IMG/VR virus record: IMGVR_UViG_3300030389_004188
Strand: one strand, 5' to 3'
DNA length: 64,000 bases
Source: an uncultured virus (IMG/VR IMGVR_UViG_3300030389_004188)
Taxonomy: Duplodnaviria > Heunggongvirae > Uroviricota > Caudoviricetes
A program made the position numbers and the translations under genes. The stretch's first letter is position 1, and each line of letters begins with the position of its first letter. Under the pieces are notes generated by a model. The model searched no databases and had not been told where the DNA came from. It was given only the letters and a program-made list of their open reading frames with translations. Of the stretch, positions 19,431 to 28,809 are shown piece by piece.

Positions 19431-21619
19431 AAAAATTAATGGAACATATAGATTCTCTAATACTAAATTGGGGAGTAGAAGACGGAAAACTATCAAGTCT
19501 TGAAGAACTATATGGAGTTTTGATAGACAAGGGATGGGATCATCCATCTGCAACTGCTTACTTGAACAATATACATAAAGTATTTTTGGGTGAGGCACCA
19601 GAGGATGATACAAAACCACTAACTGATAAAGATAAAGAATTATTAAAACAAAAAGGACTTGCTTATATCAGAGGAACTAAACCTGCAGAATATGGTAAGA
19701 AAAATAATAAAGGTGAAGGAGAAAAACCAGCAGTATTTGTAAATGTTGATGGTAAACTTCAGAAACCAGATGAGGCTGAAAAAGATACTGATTCAAAATC
19801 AAAAGATAAAGAAGAGGACGAGACACAGAAGGCAACTCCTGATGATTTTGATGTTGATAAACACCTTGACAATCCACCAGAAAAGAAGAAAAATATTTCA
19901 AAAGAGAATCAAAAGAAAGTAAACTTTTTGAAAAAGAAAGTTGATGAGGCTCGTGATTTATTAGATAAAGACAAACAAGACTTGGTGGACGAATGTATGG
20001 ATAGGATTGAAACACTATATGATGATGATGCAACTGAAGAAGAAAAGAAAGAAGCTGCAGAATGGTTGATGAAAAATGGTAGATTCTCTACTAATGCGAT
20101 GCCAAAATCTGGTCAAAGAAAAGCCTATTTGAATGGAATCGGTGGAATGAGAAAAATATTATCTTCATCAGGAACTGTTGCATCAGAAGACTTGGTACAA
20201 CAGATGGAAAAGTATGTTGATTTAGGTGAACCTTTCAATCCAAGAGCTTTGAAAGATGGATTTAGTGCAGCAGCTAAACCAGACTTGGGTGATGAAAATA
20301 TAGCAAAACCAGAGGACGATGAGAGTGTAAAGGAATTTCACGAAAGACATCCTATAATGAAAAAAATAAGGTCAGGTTTACACGGATTATATGTTGTAAA
20401 AGACAAAGATGGAAAGGCTAAAATGCCAAGTAGTCAATACTCAAAAGATTATTTGGAACAAAGTATAAATAATCCAGCACTACAAAATACAATTGACTTT
20501 GCAAAAGAACAGGCAGAGGCTGGTAATGTTGATGAGGGAGTTCCAAAGGCGTTAGAAGCACATCAAAAGAGATTACAAAAAATCTTGGAAGAGGTTCCTG
20601 TACCAAGTGAAGAGGCAAGAAAAGCAATTGCTGATAGTTACAATCAATTGATGGTTGATTTACATAAGGCAGATTCGGATATTGCTAATTCAATATTGAA
20701 ACAGATTGCTGAAAATAATTTATATGAACAAGAATTGGCAAATGGTGAAGAAGTATACTTACCATCTGCTGGTAACTTTCCTGCTGGAGATAAAATAAAA
20801 GTAAATGGTGGTGAGGTAGTTGCATTGATAAGTTGTAAATGGGGTAAACAAGGTAGAACATATGGATGTCCTGCAAACTCAAAAACTATCTGTGAATTAC
20901 ATCAAGATAAATCAAAACAAAATAATCAAGGACAATATCTTGGAGAAGAAGGTCATACATTATTGATAAATGATGATTTGATAAAGGGTGAGAATAAAAA
21001 AGAAACCAAAGAAAAAACCAAAAATTGGATAAAGAAGACACTCCAAGAAGTAGACTTAGGTGACACTTTTACTGAAGAAGAAATAGAAAAAATTGCAGAA
21101 ATTACTGCAGACTATATGGAAGAGATTGAACGAATTCAAGAACTCACAAAAGACCTAAAACCTGCAGAAGTAAAGTGGGAAACTTTTCAACGAGAGATGA
21201 AAAAGATTGATGATAAGTTTAGGAAACTTATGGGTGGTGTTATCACAAAGGAACATGCGGCTGCACTTATTGGTGAAAATAATGCTGGTAATCTAATCGA
21301 AAGAGGTGGTAAGGTAAAACCAGAAGCTCTATTATCTGCAATTGAAATTGCAAATAACATTAGAACAAATGAAACACTCACCGAGTTAGAACACAACAAA
21401 CAATTCTATGATGAAAATAACGAACCAAAATTCGTAACATCAAAAGGTACAAATGACCCAAATGATTACTCAATAACATTCAGAACTCGTAGAACCAAAG
21501 GTCGTTCAGGTGGTGGATGTCAGTTATCATTTACTGGAGATGGTAAACCTGCAGATGTAGAATTGAAAGATGGTGGTGAGGTTTTAGATTCCGAGACAGG
21601 TGAAATAAAGGAAGTCTAA
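19427..21619 (+). CDS. Large acidic/lysine-rich hypothetical protein with possible PD-(D/E)xK-like C-terminal domain
   Basis: 730 aa; low-complexity K/D/E linker; NFPAGD...LISCK. Confidence 0.55.
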   Translation: MKKLMEHIDSLILNWGVEDGKLSSLEELYGVLIDKGWDHPSATAYLNNIHKVFLGEAPEDDTKPLTDKDKELLKQKGLAYIRGTKPAEYGKKNNKGEGEKPAVFVNVDGKLQKPDEAEKDTDSKSKDKEEDETQKATPDDFDVDKHLDNPPEKKKNISKENQKKVNFLKKKVDEARDLLDKDKQDLVDECMDRIETLYDDDATEEEKKEAAEWLMKNGRFSTNAMPKSGQRKAYLNGIGGMRKILSSSGTVASEDLVQQMEKYVDLGEPFNPRALKDGFSAAAKPDLGDENIAKPEDDESVKEFHERHPIMKKIRSGLHGLYVVKDKDGKAKMPSSQYSKDYLEQSINNPALQNTIDFAKEQAEAGNVDEGVPKALEAHQKRLQKILEEVPVPSEEARKAIADSYNQLMVDLHKADSDIANSILKQIAENNLYEQELANGEEVYLPSAGNFPAGDKIKVNGGEVVALISCKWGKQGRTYGCPANSKTICELHQDKSKQNNQGQYLGEEGHTLLINDDLIKGENKKETKEKTKNWIKKTLQEVDLGDTFTEEEIEKIAEITADYMEEIERIQELTKDLKPAEVKWETFQREMKKIDDKFRKLMGGVITKEHAAALIGENNAGNLIERGGKVKPEALLSAIEIANNIRTNETLTELEHNKQFYDENNEPKFVTSKGTNDPNDYSITFRTRRTKGRSGGGCQLSFTGDGKPADVELKDGGEVLDSETGEIKEV

Positions 21620-22014
21620 TGAAAACTCAACTACTATGTACTTTTGCTGCACCTGATCAGTTAGACCATATTCTGTTTCTAATTTCGGAATGTAGTGATG
21701 TTTTGTTTGGTAAAATATTTGTATTGGAAAATGTAAACAATCCAAATCAGTTGATGTGTACATATAACATAGAACAAACTGGTGATTACATTACTGATAT
21801 GAGAGATACTATTTCATTACATAGAAAGAAACAGACCAATACATTGTACACAATCAATGCGATAAATTGTATAATCAAAGAATTGAACAATGGGGTACTT
21901 GATAAAAGATATGTTATTCCTTGGGATAATTATCAAAATTCTTTATTGCTAAATAAGGGACAAGACTCTTATCAAATCATAAAAACAAAAATACACACCG
22001 TACATAATTTATAA
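21619..22014 (+). CDS. Conserved phage hypothetical protein
   Basis: MKTQLLCTF...TISLHRKKQTNTLYTINAIN..LNNGVLD; upstream of SSB. Confidence 0.75.
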   Translation: MKTQLLCTFAAPDQLDHILFLISECSDVLFGKIFVLENVNNPNQLMCTYNIEQTGDYITDMRDTISLHRKKQTNTLYTINAINCIIKELNNGVLDKRYVIPWDNYQNSLLLNKGQDSYQIIKTKIHTVHNL

Positions 22015-22113
22015 TCGTTTGAGATCTGACCGTCATATATATTAAGGATGGTCAAACAAAATAGGTTATACGAAAAGTTTTTTCGATTAATAATATTTTC
22101 CGTGATATATATT

Positions 22114-22182
22114 ATTACAAATCAGGTTACTACTTGATTGGTAATTAACAATTAAACAATAACACTAAATTAGGAGTAAATA
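22114..22182 (+). promoter_or_regulatory. Hairpin plus unstructured A-rich leader of the SSB gene (possible autoregulatory operator)
   Basis: ATTAC-A-AATCAGG/CTTGATT-G-GTAAT stem at 22114-22145, then an A-rich tract up to AGGAG and the ATG. Confidence 0.4.
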
Positions 22183-22929
22183 ATGGACATTGATGCAGTT
22201 AGAAAAAGATTGAATCAACTTCAAACAACAAACACTCGGACTTCCAACCTTTGGAAACCAAGTCCTGGTAAACAGGTTATCCGAGTAATTCCTTACAAAC
22301 ACAATAAAGACATTCCTTTTATAGAATTGTTCTTTCACTATGATTTAGGTGGAAAGACTTATCTTTCTCCTATCACTTATGGTCGTCCTGACCCGATTGA
22401 AGAGTTTGCAAGTAAACTAAAACAATCAGGTAGTCGTGATGATTTTCGTCTTGGTCGTAAGTTAGAAGCTAAGATGAGAACATTTGCACCAGTAATTGTT
22501 CGTGGTGAAGAGAATGAGGGTGTTCGCTTTTGGGGATTCGGTAAAACAGTATATCAAGAATTACTTTCAGTAATTGCCGATCCTGATTATGGTGATATTA
22601 CAGATCCAGTAAATGGTCGTGATATTTCTGTAGAGTTCCTAACGGCTGAGGAAACAGGTGCTAGTTATCCAAAAACTAACATCAGAGTCAAACCAAATCA
22701 GACCGCCATCACAGAAGATGCTCAAAAACTTGAGAGTCTTTTGGAGAATCAATCAGACTTACGAGAGATTTATACAGAACTTTCGTATGATGAATTGACA
22801 GATGTATTGAACCAATGGTTACAAGGTACTGAAGAAGAAGAAGCTGAAGAGAAGAAGTCTCCAGCTTTAGACACTGCAACTTCTAATGTAAATGTAGAAG
22901 ATGCATTTGATGACCTTTTCAATAAGTAA
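22183..22929 (+). CDS. Single-stranded DNA-binding protein (gp32-like)
   Basis: LWKP..GKQVIRVIP, PFIELFFHY, WGFGKTVY, acidic tail EDAFDDLFNK; AGGAG RBS. Confidence 0.85.
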   Translation: MDIDAVRKRLNQLQTTNTRTSNLWKPSPGKQVIRVIPYKHNKDIPFIELFFHYDLGGKTYLSPITYGRPDPIEEFASKLKQSGSRDDFRLGRKLEAKMRTFAPVIVRGEENEGVRFWGFGKTVYQELLSVIADPDYGDITDPVNGRDISVEFLTAEETGASYPKTNIRVKPNQTAITEDAQKLESLLENQSDLREIYTELSYDELTDVLNQWLQGTEEEEAEEKKSPALDTATSNVNVEDAFDDLFNK

Positions 22930-22941
22930 ATAACAATAATA

Positions 22942-23005
22942 TTTGGGTGGTATCCTACAGAACCAAGCGATGAGAGGGCTGTGTTTGTATGCCCAACCAC
23001 CCAAA
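22942..23005 (+). ncRNA. Candidate structured RNA between ssb and uvsX
   Basis: Perfect 10-bp stem TTTGGGTGGT/ACCACCCAAA enclosing a GC-rich 44-nt core with alternative pairings. Confidence 0.45.
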
Positions 23006-23027
23006 GTTTTAACATTAGGAGTAATAT

Positions 23028-24125
23028 ATGCCTACAAAAGAAGATTTGGCTCAAGTTTTAGCTGAAAATCTAAACAAGAGTTTCAAAGATTACAAAGTTG
23101 CTTACTTTTTGGGAGAGGCTTCACAATCACCAACAGATGTAAAAGATTTCATTTCTACAGGTAGTAGTATGTTGGATTTGGCTATTTCAAATAGACAAAA
23201 TGGTGGAATTGCAGTTGGTAGAATTACTGAAATCAACGGATTGGAATCAAGTGGTAAATCATTACTTGGTGCTCATATATTATCCGAAACTCAGAAGAAA
23301 GGTGGAGTCGCAGTTTATATAGATACTGAGACTTCAGTTAGTCAGCAATTTCTTGGGGCTATAGGTGTTGATGTTTCAAAGATGTTGTATTTACATCTCG
23401 AAACTGTGGAAGACATCTTTCAGGCTATTGAAGAAATTGTAACTAAAGTTCGTGAGTCCGATAAGGATAGGTTGGTAACTATTCTTATTGATTCATTAGC
23501 TGCAGCTTCTACTAAGGTAGAGATGGATGCTGACTTTGATAAAGATGGTTGGGCAACTGCGAAGGCAATCATCATATCAAAGGCAATGAGAAAAATCACA
23601 CAGATGATTGGTAGACAAAACATAGCCTTGGTATTTACAAACCAACTCAGACAGAAACTCGGAGTTATGTTTGGAGATCCTTGGACAACAAGTGGTGGGA
23701 AGGCCTTACCATTTCACGCATCAACTCGTATTCGACTAAAGAATATGGGACAAATCAAGGATAATAAGAAAAATATTCTTGGGATGAAGTGTAGGGCTCA
23801 AATAATCAAGAATAGACTTGGCCCACCATTACGACACGCAGACTATGATATGTATTTCGAGAGTGGAATTGACAATCTTGGTGGTTGGTTGACTGTGTTG
23901 AAAGACCACAAATTAGTAAAGTCCGCAGGTGCTTGGTATACATTAGTAGATGGAGAAGGTAAAGAACATAAATTTCAATCAAAAGATTGGGACGAACTTA
24001 TGGAAGATGAAGAGTTGAAATCTTATGTCTATGACCTTATTTGTAATAAAGTAATATTACAATATAAAACAGAAGATATGGGAATCGATGATATTGAATA
24101 TACAGACGAGATAGTTGGGGACTAA
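23028..24125 (+). CDS. uvsX: RecA/UvsX recombinase
   Basis: ISTGSSMLD, GRITEINGLESSGKS, YIDTE, ILIDS, FTNQLR, TTSGGKALPFHAS, KNRLGPP. Confidence 0.95.
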   Translation: MPTKEDLAQVLAENLNKSFKDYKVAYFLGEASQSPTDVKDFISTGSSMLDLAISNRQNGGIAVGRITEINGLESSGKSLLGAHILSETQKKGGVAVYIDTETSVSQQFLGAIGVDVSKMLYLHLETVEDIFQAIEEIVTKVRESDKDRLVTILIDSLAAASTKVEMDADFDKDGWATAKAIIISKAMRKITQMIGRQNIALVFTNQLRQKLGVMFGDPWTTSGGKALPFHASTRIRLKNMGQIKDNKKNILGMKCRAQIIKNRLGPPLRHADYDMYFESGIDNLGGWLTVLKDHKLVKSAGAWYTLVDGEGKEHKFQSKDWDELMEDEELKSYVYDLICNKVILQYKTEDMGIDDIEYTDEIVGD

Positions 24126-25162
24126 TGAAAAAAGAGTATCTATCTATCTTGGAAGAAATCAAGAAGAATGGTGGAAAAGATAATCTTGGTGAATTGAACG
24201 ATAAGGTTCTAATCATTGATGGGTTGAACACTTTTATAAGATGTTTTAGTGCGATACCAACAACAAATGATGATGGAGAACACATCGGTGGTTTATCAGG
24301 ATTTCTCAAATCAATAGGTTATGTCGTGAGTATGGTCAGACCCACACGAGCTATCGTGGTATTCGATGGTAAAGGTGGGTCTACCAGAAGAAGAAAACTC
24401 TATCCTGAATATAAACAAGGTAGGAAAATGTCAGAAAGACTAAATCGTGCCGATGGACTATTCAATGAGAAGAATGATGAACGATTTTCTATGATGAAAC
24501 AACTGAGAAGAGTTGTTGAGTATCTTGAGTATCTTCCTGTATTGACATATTCTGTTGATGGAATTGAGGCTGATGATACCATTGGTTATCTAACTAAACA
24601 ATGTCTCAAAGAATCTGAAGTCATTATAATGTCTACTGATAAAGACTTTCTTCAATTGGTTAGTGATAGGGTGAGTGTTTATTCACCAACAAAGAAAAAA
24701 TTCTACAAACCACCACAAGTATTAGAAGAATATGGTGTTAGTTCAAAGAATCTTTTATACTATAGAATTATAGAAGGAGATAAAAGTGACAACATAAAAG
24801 GTGTTCGTGGAATTGGTGGAAAGACAATACAGAAATGGGAAGTTTTATCAAAAGATAAAATGATTTCAATGGATGAGTTGATTAGTTTAGATAAAAGACT
24901 TTCAGACTCTTCAAACACATTAGATATAAATTACAAATTGATGCAGTTACACGATGTAAATATAAGTGGAACTACAAAAATAAACATATTGGATAGGTTA
25001 GATGAACCACCTACAGAACTGAAAAAGGTGAAGTTTCAGAAACTATTCTTAGAGGATAAACTATATGGTGCAATTCCAAATATTGATAGTTGGTTGAATT
25101 CAACTTGGAGTATGATAAATCACATAGTAAAGAACACAAATGGGAAGAAAGAAAATTTATAA
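24125..25162 (+). CDS. 5'-3' exonuclease / flap endonuclease (T4 RNase H-like)
   Basis: IIDGLN, VVFDG, YPEYKQGR, EADD, STDKDFLQL, GDKSDNIKGVRGIG. Confidence 0.92.
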   Translation: MKKEYLSILEEIKKNGGKDNLGELNDKVLIIDGLNTFIRCFSAIPTTNDDGEHIGGLSGFLKSIGYVVSMVRPTRAIVVFDGKGGSTRRRKLYPEYKQGRKMSERLNRADGLFNEKNDERFSMMKQLRRVVEYLEYLPVLTYSVDGIEADDTIGYLTKQCLKESEVIIMSTDKDFLQLVSDRVSVYSPTKKKFYKPPQVLEEYGVSSKNLLYYRIIEGDKSDNIKGVRGIGGKTIQKWEVLSKDKMISMDELISLDKRLSDSSNTLDINYKLMQLHDVNISGTTKINILDRLDEPPTELKKVKFQKLFLEDKLYGAIPNIDSWLNSTWSMINHIVKNTNGKKENL

Positions 25163-25319
25163 CACGGAAGAAGAAAAGCGACAGGCTCAAAGAAAATGGC
25201 AAGCCGAATACTATCTTCGTAATAAAGAATCGATTAAGAAGAAAGCTCGTGATAGATATAGATTGAAGAAGTCAAAGGAAATCCGTGAAAGAAGAAACAA
25301 AGAATTATATGGAGAGTAA
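25140..25319 (+). CDS. Small basic protein (59 aa, not in the ORF track)
   Basis: MGRKKIYNTEEEKRQAQRKWQAEYYLRNKESIKKKARDRY...LYGE; fills the gap to the helicase and supplies its GGAG RBS. Confidence 0.7.
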   Translation: MGRKKIYNTEEEKRQAQRKWQAEYYLRNKESIKKKARDRYRLKKSKEIRERRNKELYGE

Positions 25320-25322
25320 AAT

Positions 25323-26669
25323 ATGGCAGATAGTCTAAACGATTATGGACCAACTTTTCAAACTAAAATACTATCGTCATTATTGACAGACAAGGTATTT
25401 ATATCTACTATTATCGACATCATAGAAGTAGATTATTTTCAATCAGATGCAAACAAATGGATTGTGAAAACAATCGAAAAATATTTTATGGAGTATAAGA
25501 CTCCACCATCACTTGATGCACTCAAAGTAGAATTGAAGAAACTAAAGAATGATGTTCTTCAAGTTGCTGTAGTTGAGGCTTTGAAATCGGCTTGGACTCA
25601 TAGAGAGTCTGATGATTTAGATTATGTAAAGGATGAAATATTAGATTTTTGTAAAAATCAAAAACTAAAAAAGGCAATATTAGAATCAGTTGATTTGTTA
25701 GAAAATAAAGATTATGATGGTATAAAAATGGTAGTAGATACGGCAATGAGAGCTGGAACTACAAGAGATTTAGGACACGATTATATAAGTGGTTTTGAGG
25801 AAAGACTTGAAACATCGGCTAGAAAGACCACACCAACACCTTGGCCAGTAATAAATGATATAATGGATGGTGGATTAGGTGGTGGTGAACTTGGTGTTAT
25901 GGTTGCACCAGCTGGTATTGGTAAGACTTGGTTTTTACAAACTGTTGGTGCGGATGCAATAAAGAAAGGTATGAAAGTTGTACACTATACACTTGAGTTG
26001 AATCAGGCTTATGTTGGTTTGAGATACGATACTATTATTTCAGGTATCAATACTCAACAATTGAAGTATTATAAGGAAGATGTACAATCAAAGTTATTTG
26101 ACATACAAGGTAATCTGATGATAAAGTATTACCCTACAAGAACTGCATCGGTTCAGACAATATCATCTCATCTAAAACAATTAGAGTTGATAGAGTTCAA
26201 ACCAGATGTTATTGTTGTTGATTATGCAGATATACTGAAACCCATATCAAATTATAGAGAGAAAAGATTGAATTTGGGTGAGACTTATGAACATCTTAGA
26301 GGTATGGCTGGTGAGTTTGATGTTCCTGTATGGACTGCATCTCAGGCAAATCGTAGTTCTTTAGAGGAAGAGGTAATTGGTGCGGATAAAGTTAGTGAAG
26401 ACTATAGTAAGGTAATGACTGCAGATTTTGTTATGTCGATTAGTAGAAAAGTAGAAGATAAAGTTGCTAATCTTGCAAGAGTTCATATTATAAAAAATAG
26501 ATTTGGTGTGGATGGTGTCACATACCCAACTGATATGAATACTGATATTGGTAAAATTATGGTAAATGATAGTAATACCAAACAAGGTCAGATTGCGAGT
26601 GAAAAGATGAATAACTCAGAAGAATATTTGAGGAAAATGGCAAAAAATCGATTCGACAATCTCAGTTGA
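25323..26669 (+). CDS. DnaB-like replicative helicase (gp41-like)
   Basis: Walker A APAGIGKT, HYTLEL, VVDYAD, WTASQANR, KNRFG. Confidence 0.93.
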   Translation: MADSLNDYGPTFQTKILSSLLTDKVFISTIIDIIEVDYFQSDANKWIVKTIEKYFMEYKTPPSLDALKVELKKLKNDVLQVAVVEALKSAWTHRESDDLDYVKDEILDFCKNQKLKKAILESVDLLENKDYDGIKMVVDTAMRAGTTRDLGHDYISGFEERLETSARKTTPTPWPVINDIMDGGLGGGELGVMVAPAGIGKTWFLQTVGADAIKKGMKVVHYTLELNQAYVGLRYDTIISGINTQQLKYYKEDVQSKLFDIQGNLMIKYYPTRTASVQTISSHLKQLELIEFKPDVIVVDYADILKPISNYREKRLNLGETYEHLRGMAGEFDVPVWTASQANRSSLEEEVIGADKVSEDYSKVMTADFVMSISRKVEDKVANLARVHIIKNRFGVDGVTYPTDMNTDIGKIMVNDSNTKQGQIASEKMNNSEEYLRKMAKNRFDNLS

Positions 26670-26719
26670 GTATAATTATAAATGTATGTTATGGACACGA
26701 AATATTGGGAGTTTTTTGA

Positions 26720-28729
26720 ATGAGTAAATTTCAGTTATCAGATAATTTTATAAATAAGTACAAGAGGAAAAAAGCTCCTTTTGGTTTTAATGGATTAGGT
26801 GAGTTGGTTTATATGAGAACCTACTCAAGAATCAAGGACAATGGCAAAAACGAAAGATGGTGGGAAACAGTACAACGAGTTGTAGAGGGAACTTACAACA
26901 TGCAAATGAATTGGATTGAATCACATCAATTAGGGTGGAATCCCTGGCAAGCACAGAGGTCAGCACAAGATATGTATGACCGTATTTTCAATATGAAGTT
27001 CTTACCGCCAGGTCGTGGTTTGTGGGCAATGGGAACACCAATCACAGAAGAAAAAGGACTATATGCCGCCCTAAACAATTGTGCCTTTGTATCAACAAAA
27101 ACAATAAAAGAAGACTATGCCAAACCTTTTTGTTTCCTTATGGATGCAAGTATGTTGGGTGTTGGTGTTGGGTTCGATACAAAAGGTGCTGGAGAGATAG
27201 TAGTCAAAGGTATAAACAAGGATAGAGATGTTCAGACATTTCAAATACCTGATACTCGTGAGGGTTGGGTTGAGTCACTAAAGTTACTATTAGAAAGTTA
27301 CTTTCACGGACAGGCACCAATGGAGTTTGACTACTCAATAATAAGACCAGCTGGTGTACCAATAAAAGGTTTTGGTGGAGTTAGTTCAGGACCAGAACCA
27401 CTAAAAGAAGTACACGAAGATATAAGAAAAGTACTTGAAAAGAATAGTGGAGAACCAATCTCAATCACTACAATTGTTGATATTATGAATCTTATCGGTA
27501 AATGTGTAGTGGCTGGTAATGTTAGAAGAACGGCTGAGATTGTATTTGGAGACCCACATTCAGAAGAATATTTAGATTTGAAAAATTATAAAGTAAATCC
27601 ACATAGAGAACAATATGGATGGACAAGTAATAACTCCATATTTGCAGAGTTGGGTATGGATTATACAGAAGCTGCAAAAAGAATTGCAGACAATGGAGAA
27701 CCAGGATTTGCTTGGTTAGAAAATATGAGACAATATTCTCGTATGAAAAATGGTGGAGACAATAAAGACCATAGAGTAATGGGTGGTAATCCTTGTTTGG
27801 AACAATCATTAGAATCATACGAATTGTGTTGTTTGGTAGAAACATTTCCTGAAAATCACGATGATTTTGAGGATTATGCGAGAACACTAAAATATGCATA
27901 CTTGTATGCAAAAACAGTAACACTTGGTAGAACTCATTGGAGTGATACAAATCGAGTTATGTTGAGAAATAGGAGAATCGGTTGTAGTGTAAGTGGTGTT
28001 GCTCAGTTTATAACAAATAGAGGTTTAGATGAACTGAAAGAATGGTTGAATGGTGGATTTGATGTTATCCAACAATGGGATAAACAATATTCAGATTGGA
28101 TGGCAGTTCCACGATCTATCAAGACCACATCGGTCAAACCATCAGGAACAGTTTCATTATTAGCAGGAGCGACTCCAGGATTACATTATCCTGAGAGTCG
28201 TTTTTACATTAGGAGAATAAGAGTTTCAAAACATTCGGAACTATTAGAACCTATGAAAAAAGCAGGTTACAAAGTAGAACCAGCATTTGGTTCAGAAGAC
28301 ACAACTATGGTTGTCGAAGTACCAGTAGATGTCGGTGAGGGGATTAGAACAGCGGCTGAACTTTCGATTTGGGAACAATTCAGTTTAGCCGCTTTTCTTC
28401 AACGACATTGGGCAGACAACCAAGTAAGTTGTACGGTTACATTCAATCCAGAAACGGAGACAGACCAAATTGCTCCGTGTTTGAATTATTATCAGTATCA
28501 CCTAAAGGGTATTAGTTTATTACCAAGACACGATTATGGGGCTTATCCTCAAATGCCATATGAAGGTATTGATGAGAAAACCTATGAGAAAGAAGTAAAG
28601 AAATTAGGTAAACTATCCTTTGGTGTGATAAAGAATGAAGAGGCAGAAGTAGATAAATTTTGTAACAACGATAGTTGTGAAATCATTCCAACCACTGGTG
28701 ATAATGATGACCAAGATTATGCAAATTAG
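26720..28729 (+). CDS. nrdJ: Class II (adenosylcobalamin-dependent) ribonucleotide reductase, monomeric RTPR type
   Basis: YMRTYSR, PPGRGLW, ALNNCAF, GNVRRTAEI, NPCLEQ, VKPSGTVS, C-terminal C-x4-C; no small subunit gene nearby. Confidence 0.92.
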   Translation: MSKFQLSDNFINKYKRKKAPFGFNGLGELVYMRTYSRIKDNGKNERWWETVQRVVEGTYNMQMNWIESHQLGWNPWQAQRSAQDMYDRIFNMKFLPPGRGLWAMGTPITEEKGLYAALNNCAFVSTKTIKEDYAKPFCFLMDASMLGVGVGFDTKGAGEIVVKGINKDRDVQTFQIPDTREGWVESLKLLLESYFHGQAPMEFDYSIIRPAGVPIKGFGGVSSGPEPLKEVHEDIRKVLEKNSGEPISITTIVDIMNLIGKCVVAGNVRRTAEIVFGDPHSEEYLDLKNYKVNPHREQYGWTSNNSIFAELGMDYTEAAKRIADNGEPGFAWLENMRQYSRMKNGGDNKDHRVMGGNPCLEQSLESYELCCLVETFPENHDDFEDYARTLKYAYLYAKTVTLGRTHWSDTNRVMLRNRRIGCSVSGVAQFITNRGLDELKEWLNGGFDVIQQWDKQYSDWMAVPRSIKTTSVKPSGTVSLLAGATPGLHYPESRFYIRRIRVSKHSELLEPMKKAGYKVEPAFGSEDTTMVVEVPVDVGEGIRTAAELSIWEQFSLAAFLQRHWADNQVSCTVTFNPETETDQIAPCLNYYQYHLKGISLLPRHDYGAYPQMPYEGIDEKTYEKEVKKLGKLSFGVIKNEEAEVDKFCNNDSCEIIPTTGDNDDQDYAN

Positions 28730-28745
28730 ACTTACAAAACAGCGG

Positions 28746-28779
28746 ACAGGCAGACGACACACCTGTAAAAAAATGTGTC
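28746..28779 (+). promoter_or_regulatory. H-type RNA pseudoknot in the leader of the TonB-dependent receptor
   Basis: S1 ACAGG/CCTGT, S2 GACACA/TGTGTC, loop 1 CAGAC, loop 3 A7; all pairs Watson-Crick. Confidence 0.6.
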
Positions 28780-28809
28780 AATTTCAAAACAACAATAGGA
28801 GTGATTACT

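Noticed and set aside
22942..23005. Pistol or hammerhead ribozyme
   Set aside because: AAGCG, AGGGC and GCCC occur in the wrong order for pistol, and the hammerhead CUGAUGA/GAAA core is missing.
28730..28800. Cobalamin riboswitch
   Set aside because: The gap is too short and has no B12-box-like sequence; only the small pseudoknot is present.
28711..28809. NrdJ-receptor fusion by -1 frameshift or readthrough stimulated by the pseudoknot
   Set aside because: The receptor frame is open back to 28711, but there is no proper slippery heptamer. In-frame readthrough stops after 12 codons, and the receptor has its own RBS and signal peptide.
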